A DNA stretch of 64,000 nt, from positions 62,001 to 126,000 of the IMG/VR virus record IMGVR_UViG_3300031952_000001; one strand, given 5' to 3'. Below are positions 20,174 through 29,769 of this stretch, piece after piece. Under the pieces are notes generated by a model. It saw only the letters and a list, made by a program, of their open reading frames with translations, did no database searches and was not told the DNA's origin. The number at the start of each line of letters is the position of its first letter. The stretch's first letter is position 1. The translations under genes and the position numbers were made by a program.

Positions 20174-23100
20174 ATGTCGAAGTTCAACCAGCTGATGGAA
20201 AAAGAGCACGTTCGGAACCACCCGATGTTCCGAGGCTTCGATGATCGCCTCAAGGCGGCTCGCGAGAGGCTGAGCCGGAAGTCTGCCGCCCCCGATCTGA
20301 GGGACGTCTTCTCCTCCCAGAAGGCGGTGGGTCTCGGGACGAACGACCGCTCGGTGCGGGCGTACATCCAGGAGGCCGCCCTGTCGGCGCGCTCGGTGCT
20401 CGACATGTGCGAGTTCCCGATGCTGCCGCAGATCTCGTTCAACAACGTGAAGAGTGTCAAGATGGCCGCCCACGACGACAGCCAGGTCGTCGATGCGGAG
20501 ATCCTCTTCAACGTGCGCATCTGCACGAAGTCGGGAGCGATCCGGCAGGCGCTCATCCCCGTGGTCGTGTCCCGAGGCGTGGTCGTGCCGCCGTCGACCC
20601 TCATCTACGATCAGCAGATGAAGGTGATCGCGCAGAGCACCATCGACGAGATCGTCCAGCGGAACACCTCCTACCAGCTGCCGCCGATGCGCCGGATGTA
20701 CGATCCGCCGCTGCGCGGCGAGGAGCTGGATCGCGCCGCGTCCGAGCGGAACACGCTGGGCTGGATGCCGCGCGAGGTGGTCACGGACGGGATGGGGATC
20801 CGGCACAGCCGGCGTGAGGCCGCCTTCGAGTCCTACGCAATGAGTCTCACGGGCCAGGACCAGACCAACCCAGGCACGCCGAGCAGCCTGGCCGGTCAGC
20901 CTCCGGCCGGCGTCACGCAGAGTGACGCCACGCAGCTCTCGAACCCTGCGACGGATCCAACCATGGCTGGTGTTCCCGGTGGGGAGAAGACCCCCTACGG
21001 CCAGTACGCCGAGTCGGGGAGCGCGACGGACAGCTTGTACCGGCAGATCCTGGCGCAGCCGACGATCATGCAGCAGGTCCAGGACATCCTGACCCCCTCG
21101 CGGGAGACCCTCATTGACAACATCTCGCAGATGATCAGTCCGATGATGTCGGTGCTCGGTCTCCGGACGGAAGATGTCGAGTGGGACTTCCTGCTCGACG
21201 ACCTGAAGGCCGGGCTCGGCGGGACGACCGCCTCGAAGATCGGCAAGGCCGAGGTCCGCAAGGTCGCGCTCATGATCGCCGAGTACGCGACCGGCCGGCG
21301 CAGGTTCGGCCGGAGGCGGGCGGCAGCTGACACTGCGACCGCGCTCGCTGAGATGACGACCTACCTCCAGAGCGCGCAGGACACCTTCAAGCCGGACGAG
21401 CTGGCCTACTACCAGCAGATCGCGCAGGAGGCCCAGTCCGCGCTCCAGGGCGGCGACGAGCAGACGGCGAGGGACCTCCTGGTGGAGCTGGAGAACGCCT
21501 TCTCCTTCACCGACGTCCCGCAGGAGCAGGAGGTCCCGACCGACTACTGGCAGACCTTCACTGCGAACTGCAAGAAGCTCGCGCAGCAAACCAACCTCGT
21601 GAAGGAGCTGGAGGTCGACGAGGACGACAACCGGCCGATGAAGCGGTACATGCCGGCCGGGTACGATCTCGTGCTCGAAGACATGGTCAAGGCGGAAGAG
21701 GGCGGGCTGGACACGTTCCCGCGGCCGTACTCGCACATCGAGCGGAACTACATCCTCCGCAGGTACCCGACCTGCTCCCGGGACAAGTGGCTGCCGCACC
21801 TCATCAACGACGGCTTCGCGCTGAACCCGTACGGCAAGGGCCCGAACCGTGGTCGGCCGGTGCGGGAGGGCTCGAAGAAGGCAGGGCAAGCTCCCAACAT
21901 CATCGCCAACCTGGGGGATGTGAACTACATCGATTACGGCGGCCTCCTCATCGTGGACAACGGGGGTGGCCCGCAGGGCTGGCTTATCGAGGTGGACGAT
22001 TCCGACAGTGGTGGTGGTTGGCAGTGGGAGAAGACCGCGAAGTGGATGCTCTACAGGTTCGACATCGAGAAGTTCAAGATCGCCACCGACGAAAGCGGTT
22101 CGTATCTGGTTCCTGACTCCTACCAGCCCGAGTGGGGCCCCGCGTCGAAGTACGAGGAGTGGTTCGCGGACAAGCTGGGCGACGTAGCCGGTAGCTCGGG
22201 GTTGCCTGACCAGGACTTGATCTCAGATCTGACTTCAGATGATCCTGTGGTGCGCGGCGGGGCCTACAGAGAAATCATCGGCTACTTCGGTGCTCACGAG
22301 TTTGATTCGTACCCGGAGACGTACAACGCCAAGGAGATTCATGCGCTCTTTGGCGAGGAGTACCACGGCGGCGAAGACGAAGAGCTGGAAGAGGAGCCCG
22401 AGGAAGGCTTCGGCGAGGAGCCCGAGGCCCCCATCGAGCCCAAGCTCTCGCGGTCGGCTCAGATGGACGACGAGGGCGAGGAAGAGTCCTGGGAGCCGAA
22501 CGTCCGGGCGAAGAAGGACCTCAGGACTTCCGATGGAGACCGCATCAAGGCGGGCACCGGAGGGTTCCTGATGTGGGCTCGGGGGGACATGATCGAAGTG
22601 CTGGTCCCGCCCTCGATCCAGGACTCCTTCAAGCGGGAGGACTGGGAGGACATCGGTCCGGTGTCTCCGCGGTCCGCTCAGAACGAACCGTACCCGGGGA
22701 TGGCTGTTTCTATGGCTGTGGGCCAGGCCAAGCAATCCGGGGGCTCCGAAGAGGATGCGCTTCGGATTGCCCTGGAGAGCCCCGTGCTGAAAGGGGTACC
22801 TCGGGATCAGGTTGCCGAGATGATCCGTAAGGAGTGGTCCTGGGAGCCGAAATCTTCCACCCCTTCGACGGGGGGTCCTGGTTCCTTGGACGACGAGTTC
22901 GAGGAAGAGGATGAGATCGATCCGAACCTCAACCCCGTCATCTATCTCGACAACATGGATCACGAAGATGGGATGGTCACGGTGCACATCGCTGACCCCC
23001 GCGCAGGGGAGTTCGCGGAGAATGATCAGAGCATCCAGGGCTCCAACTGGGAGTCCGATGGTCCGGACTTCGCGTACGCGATCATCATGGACTCCCCGAC

Positions 23101-23203
23101 GCTCGTGGAAGACCTGAAGAAGGACGGGTACAACGTCAACGACGACGAATACTACCCGATGACAGCAGAGGAGCTTCAAGCTCTCGACCCCATGAACAGG
23201 TAG
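20174..23203 (+). CDS. 1009-aa multi-module acidic protein (putative virion cargo polyprotein)
   Basis: Junctions RREAA, RRRAAA, KKLAQ and RSAQ (twice). Confidence 0.75.
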   Translation: MSKFNQLMEKEHVRNHPMFRGFDDRLKAARERLSRKSAAPDLRDVFSSQKAVGLGTNDRSVRAYIQEAALSARSVLDMCEFPMLPQISFNNVKSVKMAAHDDSQVVDAEILFNVRICTKSGAIRQALIPVVVSRGVVVPPSTLIYDQQMKVIAQSTIDEIVQRNTSYQLPPMRRMYDPPLRGEELDRAASERNTLGWMPREVVTDGMGIRHSRREAAFESYAMSLTGQDQTNPGTPSSLAGQPPAGVTQSDATQLSNPATDPTMAGVPGGEKTPYGQYAESGSATDSLYRQILAQPTIMQQVQDILTPSRETLIDNISQMISPMMSVLGLRTEDVEWDFLLDDLKAGLGGTTASKIGKAEVRKVALMIAEYATGRRRFGRRRAAADTATALAEMTTYLQSAQDTFKPDELAYYQQIAQEAQSALQGGDEQTARDLLVELENAFSFTDVPQEQEVPTDYWQTFTANCKKLAQQTNLVKELEVDEDDNRPMKRYMPAGYDLVLEDMVKAEEGGLDTFPRPYSHIERNYILRRYPTCSRDKWLPHLINDGFALNPYGKGPNRGRPVREGSKKAGQAPNIIANLGDVNYIDYGGLLIVDNGGGPQGWLIEVDDSDSGGGWQWEKTAKWMLYRFDIEKFKIATDESGSYLVPDSYQPEWGPASKYEEWFADKLGDVAGSSGLPDQDLISDLTSDDPVVRGGAYREIIGYFGAHEFDSYPETYNAKEIHALFGEEYHGGEDEELEEEPEEGFGEEPEAPIEPKLSRSAQMDDEGEEESWEPNVRAKKDLRTSDGDRIKAGTGGFLMWARGDMIEVLVPPSIQDSFKREDWEDIGPVSPRSAQNEPYPGMAVSMAVGQAKQSGGSEEDALRIALESPVLKGVPRDQVAEMIRKEWSWEPKSSTPSTGGPGSLDDEFEEEDEIDPNLNPVIYLDNMDHEDGMVTVHIADPRAGEFAENDQSIQGSNWESDGPDFAYAIIMDSPTLVEDLKKDGYNVNDDEYYPMTAEELQALDPMNR

Positions 23204-23206
23204 GTC

Positions 23207-23464
23207 ATGAAGCTCGGCCTCAACAGCGCTGCTCTGAGACGGGTCGCCCAGGCTCTTCGCTTGGGCCAGGCCGCCGAGCAGCAAGGCCTCGATTGGAGGG
23301 ACCTCCAGGACCTCTCCGTCGAGGTCACCGCCGCGGTCGAGCAGCAGGACCTGCGCCGGCTCATGGAGGCCGTCGAGGACATGACGAGCCTCATACTCTC
23401 CAACATCCAGATGCCGGCGGAGACGGACGTCAGCGGGGCCTTCCCTCGTACAGGGAGCAGGTAG
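23207..23464 (+). CDS. small protein with the shared N-terminal leader
   Basis: MKLGLNSAALRRVAQ. Confidence 0.65.
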   Translation: MKLGLNSAALRRVAQALRLGQAAEQQGLDWRDLQDLSVEVTAAVEQQDLRRLMEAVEDMTSLILSNIQMPAETDVSGAFPRTGSR

Positions 23465-24502
23465 ATGCTCTCTATCGGCATTCAGGATCAGGGTCTTTTT
23501 CGTCTTGCGCGGAAGATGGGGATGGGGTTCCTCGCGGATCCGCCGATCCCCTACGGTGAGAAGTACAAGGGCGTCATCGAGTATCCAGGCTTCCACACGA
23601 CCAAGGACTTCGACATCGCAGCTGCCTACGCCGGCCAGAGGGTGTACTACTCGTACACGAGCCAGGACGAGGACGGCACCCACTACGTCACGGACTACCC
23701 CGTGGTCGTGGCGCTCAACATGGCCGGGCACCACGCTGTGACCGACTACGACGCCATCGAGATGGTGAAGCCGGGGCTCATGACCGCCCTGGGTGAGATC
23801 GTGAAGGGCGGGTACGGCGAAGACGGCCTGACGGAAGACTCTACCGATGATGAGATCCGGAATGCTGCCGACCACTACACGGAGATGGCAGGCGATTCCG
23901 AGAGGGATCAGCAGGACGATCCCATAGGGTACATCACGGAGGATGCGTTCTCTCACTTCGGGAATGCCCTTTGCATGATCCAGGAGGACGAGAGGTTCCC
24001 GGATGCCGTGCGCCTCTTCATGCAGACCGGGGAGTTCCCGGACGAGCTTCTGATCGAGGCGACGAATCAGTTCCGCTACGAAGAGGATGTGAATGAGAAG
24101 CGTGTCGTAGGTGTCTGGTACCTGACCCCCATGGCAGGGGAGGCCGTTACCTATGACGCTCAAGAGACCGACGAAGGGGATGAGAACAGCGAAGTTTCTA
24201 TCGATTCTCGGTGGCCTGGGTTCGATGTGCCTTTCGAAGATGACCTGATGGGAGGGATGGAGAGTTTCAACTCTCAGCAGGTCTACGAAGGTGAGGCTTC
24301 TGGGATCCAGGAGGAAGGCCCCCAGCTCCCTCTGTTCACTCCTGAGCAGCTCCCGCCACCAGAGCCTGACATCCAGTACCACGGGACCACATACCTGAGA
24401 CTCCTTCAGGCGGCCCCCTTCTTGGCTGATATACTGCCGGTACCTCCAAGCCCTCCGTTCCGAGCGGAGGAGCAGGAGATGTCCCAGGCGGTTGGAGAGT
24501 AG
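23465..24502 (+). CDS. putative circularly permuted ADP-ribosyltransferase-fold protein with the shared leader
   Basis: GFHTTKDFDIAAAYA near the N-terminus and YHGTT near the C-terminus. Confidence 0.45.
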   Translation: MLSIGIQDQGLFRLARKMGMGFLADPPIPYGEKYKGVIEYPGFHTTKDFDIAAAYAGQRVYYSYTSQDEDGTHYVTDYPVVVALNMAGHHAVTDYDAIEMVKPGLMTALGEIVKGGYGEDGLTEDSTDDEIRNAADHYTEMAGDSERDQQDDPIGYITEDAFSHFGNALCMIQEDERFPDAVRLFMQTGEFPDELLIEATNQFRYEEDVNEKRVVGVWYLTPMAGEAVTYDAQETDEGDENSEVSIDSRWPGFDVPFEDDLMGGMESFNSQQVYEGEASGIQEEGPQLPLFTPEQLPPPEPDIQYHGTTYLRLLQAAPFLADILPVPPSPPFRAEEQEMSQAVGE

Positions 24503-24503
24503 A

Positions 24504-25928
24504 ATGAGCACCGATTCCTTCACGACCATGATCCGCGGGTTCGACGTGACGGTCGAAGCCGCTGAGTCCTCGGATACCTACAAGGTCCACGTCGTCGAGG
24601 GTGGCGGTGTTCCCTGGACGGTGGAGCTTCCGATCAACCTGGAGAACTTCGAAGGTCAGGAAGATGATGACGTCGATGGTTCCAACGAGCTGCTGACCCT
24701 GGTGGCCGAGGCGGCTGTGGACTTGTTCGAATCTTCCCGCGATACCCTGGGGCAGGGTGCCGGTGCGTTGGAGGTTGCTGCAATGAAGAAGACTCAAGGT
24801 ACGATCACGGCGTGCGGCAGCGAGTGGCAGGACTACTACCTCCAGCTCAAGGGCACCACCTTCGAGGGCAAGGCCGAGGAGCTGGTCAAGCAGTGGCTCG
24901 ACCTCAACCTCAACGAGCCCGAGTGGGAGGACAAGACCAAGGACCTCCGCAAGGAGAAGCAGAAGCTCATCTACGAGCTGAACCTGCTGGAGCTGGAGCT
25001 GCTCAAGAACAGCCCCGAGCAGCAGATGCTCATCATCATGGCGGGTCGCAAGAGGGCCTACCTGAACGACATCGAGATCCCACTCTACCTGGACATCTTT
25101 GCAGGTAGCCCGCAGGAGGCCGAGGCCGTCAACATCATGAAGGGGATCCTCGACATCGACGAGCGCATCCAGAGCACCAACGACACCTGCGAGGGGTGGG
25201 ACGAGCACTGGAAGCAGGTGGAGTCCATAGAGATGCAGCTCCAGGACCTCATCCTCACCTCGGTGCAGGAGCACGCGATCCACACCCCCTCGGGCGCAGC
25301 CGGCGCTCCGAACATGGCGAACGACATCGCCGAGCTGATGGAGGGGATCGATCTGCACGCGCCGCTGTCGGCTCGCAAGAGGGCACAGCTGCTGGCTGAC
25401 GACGGGTTCGAGAGCGTAGAGCGGTTCGGTCCGGACGAGAGTGCCGATCCCTATGAGGATGGATACCAGGCGGGTCTGAAAGGATCTTCTCCTGCGGACA
25501 ACCCCTACCGTGGCGATTCTGGGGGTTTCGATCAGTGGGTGGAAGGCCTCAACGACGCGAGAAGCAAGAAGCGGTCTCGCCGCGCCTTCGAGGAGTTCGA
25601 AACTGCCGAGGACCGCGAGACCGAGGGCGGCGAGATCCGGCACGACCTCGACACCGGCTGCATCGACCCCGAGGACTACAAGTTCGAGCCGAACCAGAAG
25701 GTGACGCTCAACAAGAAGCTGGAACTCATGATCGGCGGCGGCGTGCCCAAGGACTACGCCAAGGGCACCTCGTGCGTGGTCGAGTCTCGCTACGACGGCG
25801 AGGGAGACTTCTACTACGTCCGCTTCGAGGACGGCCAGATGGCCCGAGTCCTCTTCAGCGACCTCACGGGAGGGAAGAAGAAAGAGTCCTCTTTCTTCGG
25901 CTACATGGAAGGCCTGCTGGAGGCGTAG
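24504..25928 (+). CDS. acidic multi-module hypothetical protein
   Basis: Long ORF; RKRAQ junction; SH3/KOW-like C-terminal segment. Confidence 0.7.
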   Translation: MSTDSFTTMIRGFDVTVEAAESSDTYKVHVVEGGGVPWTVELPINLENFEGQEDDDVDGSNELLTLVAEAAVDLFESSRDTLGQGAGALEVAAMKKTQGTITACGSEWQDYYLQLKGTTFEGKAEELVKQWLDLNLNEPEWEDKTKDLRKEKQKLIYELNLLELELLKNSPEQQMLIIMAGRKRAYLNDIEIPLYLDIFAGSPQEAEAVNIMKGILDIDERIQSTNDTCEGWDEHWKQVESIEMQLQDLILTSVQEHAIHTPSGAAGAPNMANDIAELMEGIDLHAPLSARKRAQLLADDGFESVERFGPDESADPYEDGYQAGLKGSSPADNPYRGDSGGFDQWVEGLNDARSKKRSRRAFEEFETAEDRETEGGEIRHDLDTGCIDPEDYKFEPNQKVTLNKKLELMIGGGVPKDYAKGTSCVVESRYDGEGDFYYVRFEDGQMARVLFSDLTGGKKKESSFFGYMEGLLEA

Positions 25929-25929
25929 C

Positions 25930-26244
25930 ATGCTGGCGTTCGGCATCACCGACTCTGGGCTCCTTCGTCTGTCGCAGCTCTTGGCTCCTGCCGCGGAGCA
26001 GGAGAGTGCTCAAAACCCTCAAGTCGAGATCTACTGGTGGGAGGAGGACAACCCCCTCGAAGGCGGTTGGGTCTGGCACTTCGTAGGGGTAGACGAGCTT
26101 GTACATCCCATCGAAGGCAAGCTGGGCAAGAATCCTTCTGCGGATGACGAGGACCTGAAGTTCGAAGCCACCATGGATCCGGAGTTTCCTGGCGGCGACG
26201 TTCGGTTCGTGGTAGACCGGGACAACACTCCGATCTTCGGGTAG
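25930..26244 (+). CDS. small protein with the shared N-terminal leader
   Basis: MLAFGITDSGLLRLSQ. Confidence 0.65.
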   Translation: MLAFGITDSGLLRLSQLLAPAAEQESAQNPQVEIYWWEEDNPLEGGWVWHFVGVDELVHPIEGKLGKNPSADDEDLKFEATMDPEFPGGDVRFVVDRDNTPIFG

Positions 26245-26250
26245 GACACC

Positions 26251-26466
26251 ATGACGAGACACTTCATAGGACTCCTGATCGTGACCGCCTTCTTGACCCT
26301 CCTGTTCTTCCACGGCTGCACCAACCCCATGGTGCCCCTCGTGCAGGCGAAGTACCCCGAGTGCCAGCTCATCTCCTACGACGAGCTGGGCGGGGGCTAC
26401 CTCGAAGCGAAGCTCCAGTGTGGCCCCGTGATCAAGGTCGTCAAGATGCGGGATAGTCGCCAGTAG
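26251..26466 (+). CDS. putative lipoprotein
   Basis: Hydrophobic N-terminus ending FFHG-C. Confidence 0.5.
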   Translation: MTRHFIGLLIVTAFLTLLFFHGCTNPMVPLVQAKYPECQLISYDELGGGYLEAKLQCGPVIKVVKMRDSRQ

Positions 26467-26469
26467 ACA

Positions 26470-26865
26470 ATGTTCGAGACCTACCAGCTGGACCAGCGGC
26501 AGTCCCTCCCTTTGGAGTCCAAGATCCGCCTGGCGATGATGCGCATCAAGGCTTGGCACGATCACTGGGACGGCGAGGGCCTGGTGGTCGTCGACAACGG
26601 CTCCTTGGCCTCAAAGGTACTTGTACACTTGTCCAGTGAGTTGGACCCGGGCATCCCGAGCATCTACCCCAACGACAGGTCTCCCGCCTACCACCCTATC
26701 GTGCCTTTCATGGTGGGTGGCGACCTGGAGAGCAAGAGGGATTGGCTGAAGAACGGATGCAACTCCCTGGGCTCTGAATGCCCTCAGTGCCGGCCGCTCA
26801 GTGTGTGGCTGGACGAAGACATCCACAAGTACGTTGTCGAAGTCATGGGGAAATCGGACGTGTGA
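26470..26865 (+). CDS. internally deleted PAPS-reductase-family-like protein
   Basis: N-terminal QRQSLPLESKI..RIKAW and C-terminal GCN..RPLSVWLDEDI; SGGKDS is degenerate. Confidence 0.5.
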   Translation: MFETYQLDQRQSLPLESKIRLAMMRIKAWHDHWDGEGLVVVDNGSLASKVLVHLSSELDPGIPSIYPNDRSPAYHPIVPFMVGGDLESKRDWLKNGCNSLGSECPQCRPLSVWLDEDIHKYVVEVMGKSDV

Positions 26866-26869
26866 CCTC

Positions 26870-26898
26870 TTGACATCCTGCTTAGGCATGTTTATATT
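26870..26898 (+). promoter_or_regulatory. sigma70-type promoter
   Basis: TTGACA-N17-TATATT. Confidence 0.7.
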
Positions 26899-26938
26899 GC
26901 GAAGGCAGGGGCATCATGCCCGGGAAGAGAGGGACGAG

Positions 26939-27406
26939 ATGGCACGGAAGGTGAAAGTCGAGATCAGCGAGGACGGGAAGGTTCTGGAGTCGGCGGTAGC
27001 GCTCAGCTGGATGGCGTTCCTGAACGGGAAGTGGACGAAGGAGCGCCCGGAGCGTCCGGGCAAGTACGTCATTGCCAACCGGGCCGGCCGGGTCACGGGC
27101 GAGGTGTTCGTCTTCTACGACGCCGAGACCAAGGAGCTGACGGCGCGGGTGCGCGACGGCGCGCTGTGCACGATCAAGGAGCTGGACGGGGAGCACATCT
27201 GGTGGTGGTCCCGGGCCATGCCCCAGCTGATGCCGGCCGCGGTGCCGAGGAAGCTGGGAGAGCGCGTGACCGAGGAAGACGTGTTCGGCACGCCCTCGGA
27301 GATCGAGAACCACCGCAAGTGGCTCCAGCAGCGCGAGAAGAACTACCGGGAGTCCGGGAGATCGCACCTGGTGGCCGTTCCGGAGGCGGGTCCTGAACTC
27401 AATTAG
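26939..27406 (+). CDS. hypothetical protein
   Basis: Follows the promoter; SD GAGAGGG. Confidence 0.7.
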   Translation: MARKVKVEISEDGKVLESAVALSWMAFLNGKWTKERPERPGKYVIANRAGRVTGEVFVFYDAETKELTARVRDGALCTIKELDGEHIWWWSRAMPQLMPAAVPRKLGERVTEEDVFGTPSEIENHRKWLQQREKNYRESGRSHLVAVPEAGPELN

Positions 27407-27432
27407 ACAGCTCGGCCCGCTCGACTTCTATG

Positions 27433-27546
27433 GGGTCCTGCGGTTGGAGACGGCTCCGACGCTGTTCTACCCGCCGTACGCCGCAGGACCCTCACCACAG
27501 ACCTGCCACAAGTTCGTGTATGCTATACACCCACATTACGGGTGGG
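27433..27546 (+). ncRNA. candidate structured RNA or leader
   Basis: Perfect 11-bp stem 27433-27443/27481-27491 plus two further hairpins in a 190-nt intergenic gap. Confidence 0.35.
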
Positions 27547-27600
27547 CGAGTGATAGCCCTCCCGAGAAGAGCACCTTCAAACAAGAGGAGAAGAAGATCG

Positions 27601-27786
27601 ATGGGGAAGCAGATAACTCACGAAAGTCGTCCCACCGGTCCGCGGGCCGCTAAGATCGCGTGGACCTACTTTGAGAGCACCTACGGGATGCCGCCGATGC
27701 AGCTGCACTTCGACGTGATGGCTCGTCAGTGGGTGGGGACGTACGAAGACGAGGAGCACAGGATGCCGGCTGAGGAGCCGGCCTGA
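27601..27786 (+). CDS. hypothetical protein
   Basis: SD GAGGAG upstream. Confidence 0.55.
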   Translation: MGKQITHESRPTGPRAAKIAWTYFESTYGMPPMQLHFDVMARQWVGTYEDEEHRMPAEEPA

Positions 27787-27793
27787 GGGGCAC

Positions 27794-28015
27794 ATGCAAA
27801 AAGGCACTTCCCATCAGACGATCTACTTGCTGACCTTCGAGGAGGTCATCGAACTCATCAAGGCGCACATCGAGGAGCAGGAGAAGAAGCCTCTCAGCGT
27901 ACCCTTGAACGTGAACATCAACCCCGACAAGAAGATGTTCGAGGTCACCGAGGGGGTCCGCCTCATCAAGATCGATGGGCCCTCTCAGATGTCAGGTGGG
28001 GGGAATCTCAACTGA
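27794..28015 (+). CDS. hypothetical protein
   Basis: Operon-coupled ORF. Confidence 0.6.
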   Translation: MQKGTSHQTIYLLTFEEVIELIKAHIEEQEKKPLSVPLNVNINPDKKMFEVTEGVRLIKIDGPSQMSGGGNLN

Positions 28016-28350
28016 TGCACCCTGGTGAGGCACGGGTCGGAGGGTTCGTGTACTTCCCCGTCGAGGGCACTCGGGACGGGGAGGCCGTGGTCCGCATCGC
28101 CCGTGCTCAGGTCGAGTGCATCATCTTCCCGGGCACCACGAACGAGAGCTACAGCCTGATCGAGCTGTCGTCGGAGGGCAAGTCCAAGGCCTACGAGCTG
28201 AAGCCGGCGGACTGCTACTCGACCGCCGAGGCCGCCCGGAAGGATCAGATCCTGGGGATCTACGTCGAGCTGGAGGTTCTGCGGAGCAAGCTCCAGGCAC
28301 TCGGGGACCACTCCCTGACCGATAGTCGCTGGGGCAGGAGGGGCCAATGA
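28015..28350 (+). CDS. hypothetical protein
   Basis: Operon-coupled ORF. Confidence 0.6.
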   Translation: MHPGEARVGGFVYFPVEGTRDGEAVVRIARAQVECIIFPGTTNESYSLIELSSEGKSKAYELKPADCYSTAEAARKDQILGIYVELEVLRSKLQALGDHSLTDSRWGRRGQ

Positions 28351-28480
28351 CCTACAATCTCGTTCTTCTGGGTGTGGTATTGATCATCCTGGGCCGCTGG
28401 GTGTACATTACATTCAGCCACACCCACCGCATGCGCCTGGCCTTGCTGGGCCTGGAGGAAGCACTGGAGAGGAGCGCACT

Positions 28481-29023
28481 TTGGGACAACTCTACAAGCC
28501 ATTCTGGAAAGTCGATCACTACGACGCTCATGACATCCCCGAGGGAGCCGCTTTCTGTATCGAAGGCTTCCGACGGCGGATCCGATTCGAGGTCGAAGGT
28601 GGTTCGTCTGGTGCGAGCATCCGGATCATCGAATCGAAGCTGAAGAAGAAGGTCCCCGATCCGGTCTTCTTCTGGCAGGTCGGCAAGGGCGTTCGTCACG
28701 AGATGCCTGAGCTGGCGGTGGTCCGTTTCAAGATCGATCCGCTCGTGGCCTGCATGCTGATGATGACGGGCCCGTTCGCCGTTCTGGAGTTCTACCGAAG
28801 GCAGAGCCCGAAGAAGGGCAAGGACGTCGTGGTCTCCACAACGGGTCCGGGAGACCAGGGGGTCCTTCTCGCGATCCCGTACCACAAGGGCTTCAAGACC
28901 ATCCGGTCTATGGCCTGGTGCCTGGACGACCCCAGGCTCGATGCCGTCGAGAAGGAAGTCAAGAAGGGGAAGACCTGGAAGCCGGTCGAGCAGCCGGATC
29001 CGTTCGTCTTCGTGGAGGACTGA
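28481..29023 (+). CDS. hypothetical protein
   Basis: TTG start after GAGGAG; overlaps ORF 28347..28643. Confidence 0.6.
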   Translation: MGQLYKPFWKVDHYDAHDIPEGAAFCIEGFRRRIRFEVEGGSSGASIRIIESKLKKKVPDPVFFWQVGKGVRHEMPELAVVRFKIDPLVACMLMMTGPFAVLEFYRRQSPKKGKDVVVSTTGPGDQGVLLAIPYHKGFKTIRSMAWCLDDPRLDAVEKEVKKGKTWKPVEQPDPFVFVED

Positions 29024-29024
29024 C

Positions 29025-29228
29025 ATGGCAAAGTGCGCGCAGTGTGGCAAGGAGTTTCCCTGGTACCAGCTGTTCCCCAGGAAGAAGGACGGACGGGACA
29101 TCTGTACAGTATGCAGGACACCCCCGATCCGGAGCCAGAAGGAGATCAGAGTCTCCCCACGGAGGCAGATGACTCAGGCGGACGTCGACCTTCAGGTGCT
29201 CGCCAACGAGATGGACAGGGAGGCGTAG
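29025..29228 (+). CDS. small zinc-finger protein
   Basis: CAQC ... CTVC. Confidence 0.6.
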   Translation: MAKCAQCGKEFPWYQLFPRKKDGRDICTVCRTPPIRSQKEIRVSPRRQMTQADVDLQVLANEMDREA

Positions 29229-29483
29229 ATGGAAGAGGCTTACGCAGAAGACAGTGCTCCGGAGCCCGAGAACTCCACCCCCATGATCCGTCAAGTCATC
29301 GACTGTCCGCGGTGTAACCGCCGCGGTCTGATGGAGGTCCCGGACATCCAGGACTGGGCGGAGTACACCTGCCTGAAGTGCGGGTACACCGTGAAGGAGC
29401 ACTCGTGGAGTGCTCGGGACGCCGTCCGCAGGCTGGTCAAGGCGGTCCACGATCAGGCCCGCAAGAACAGGATCTCCGCATGA
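29229..29483 (+). CDS. small zinc-finger protein
   Basis: CPRC ... CLKC. Confidence 0.6.
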   Translation: MEEAYAEDSAPEPENSTPMIRQVIDCPRCNRRGLMEVPDIQDWAEYTCLKCGYTVKEHSWSARDAVRRLVKAVHDQARKNRISA

Positions 29484-29761
29484 GCGACGAGCACAACCTT
29501 GCGGTGCCGTTCACGGTGCGCTGCGGGCACCTGGTCTGCGCGTTCAAGAGCCCCAAGGTCGGCCGTTTGGTCCTGTGCGAGCACTACAGCCACCGCAGCA
29601 AGCAGATCGGGCACTGCTCCCTTACAGGGGAGCGCCTCATCGTGAGGGCGAACCTCGATGGAATCCCTATAGCGAAGCGCGGCTGGAGGTGCCTGGAGGG
29701 TGAGCACCTCTGGGAGAAACTTCAGAGTTCCGACTTCGCCAGTGATACAGTAGCTCCCTGA
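29480..29761 (+). CDS. small Cys/His-rich protein
   Basis: ATGA overlap with the previous gene. Confidence 0.55.
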   Translation: MSDEHNLAVPFTVRCGHLVCAFKSPKVGRLVLCEHYSHRSKQIGHCSLTGERLIVRANLDGIPIAKRGWRCLEGEHLWEKLQSSDFASDTVAP

Positions 29762-29769
29762 AAGAGAGG

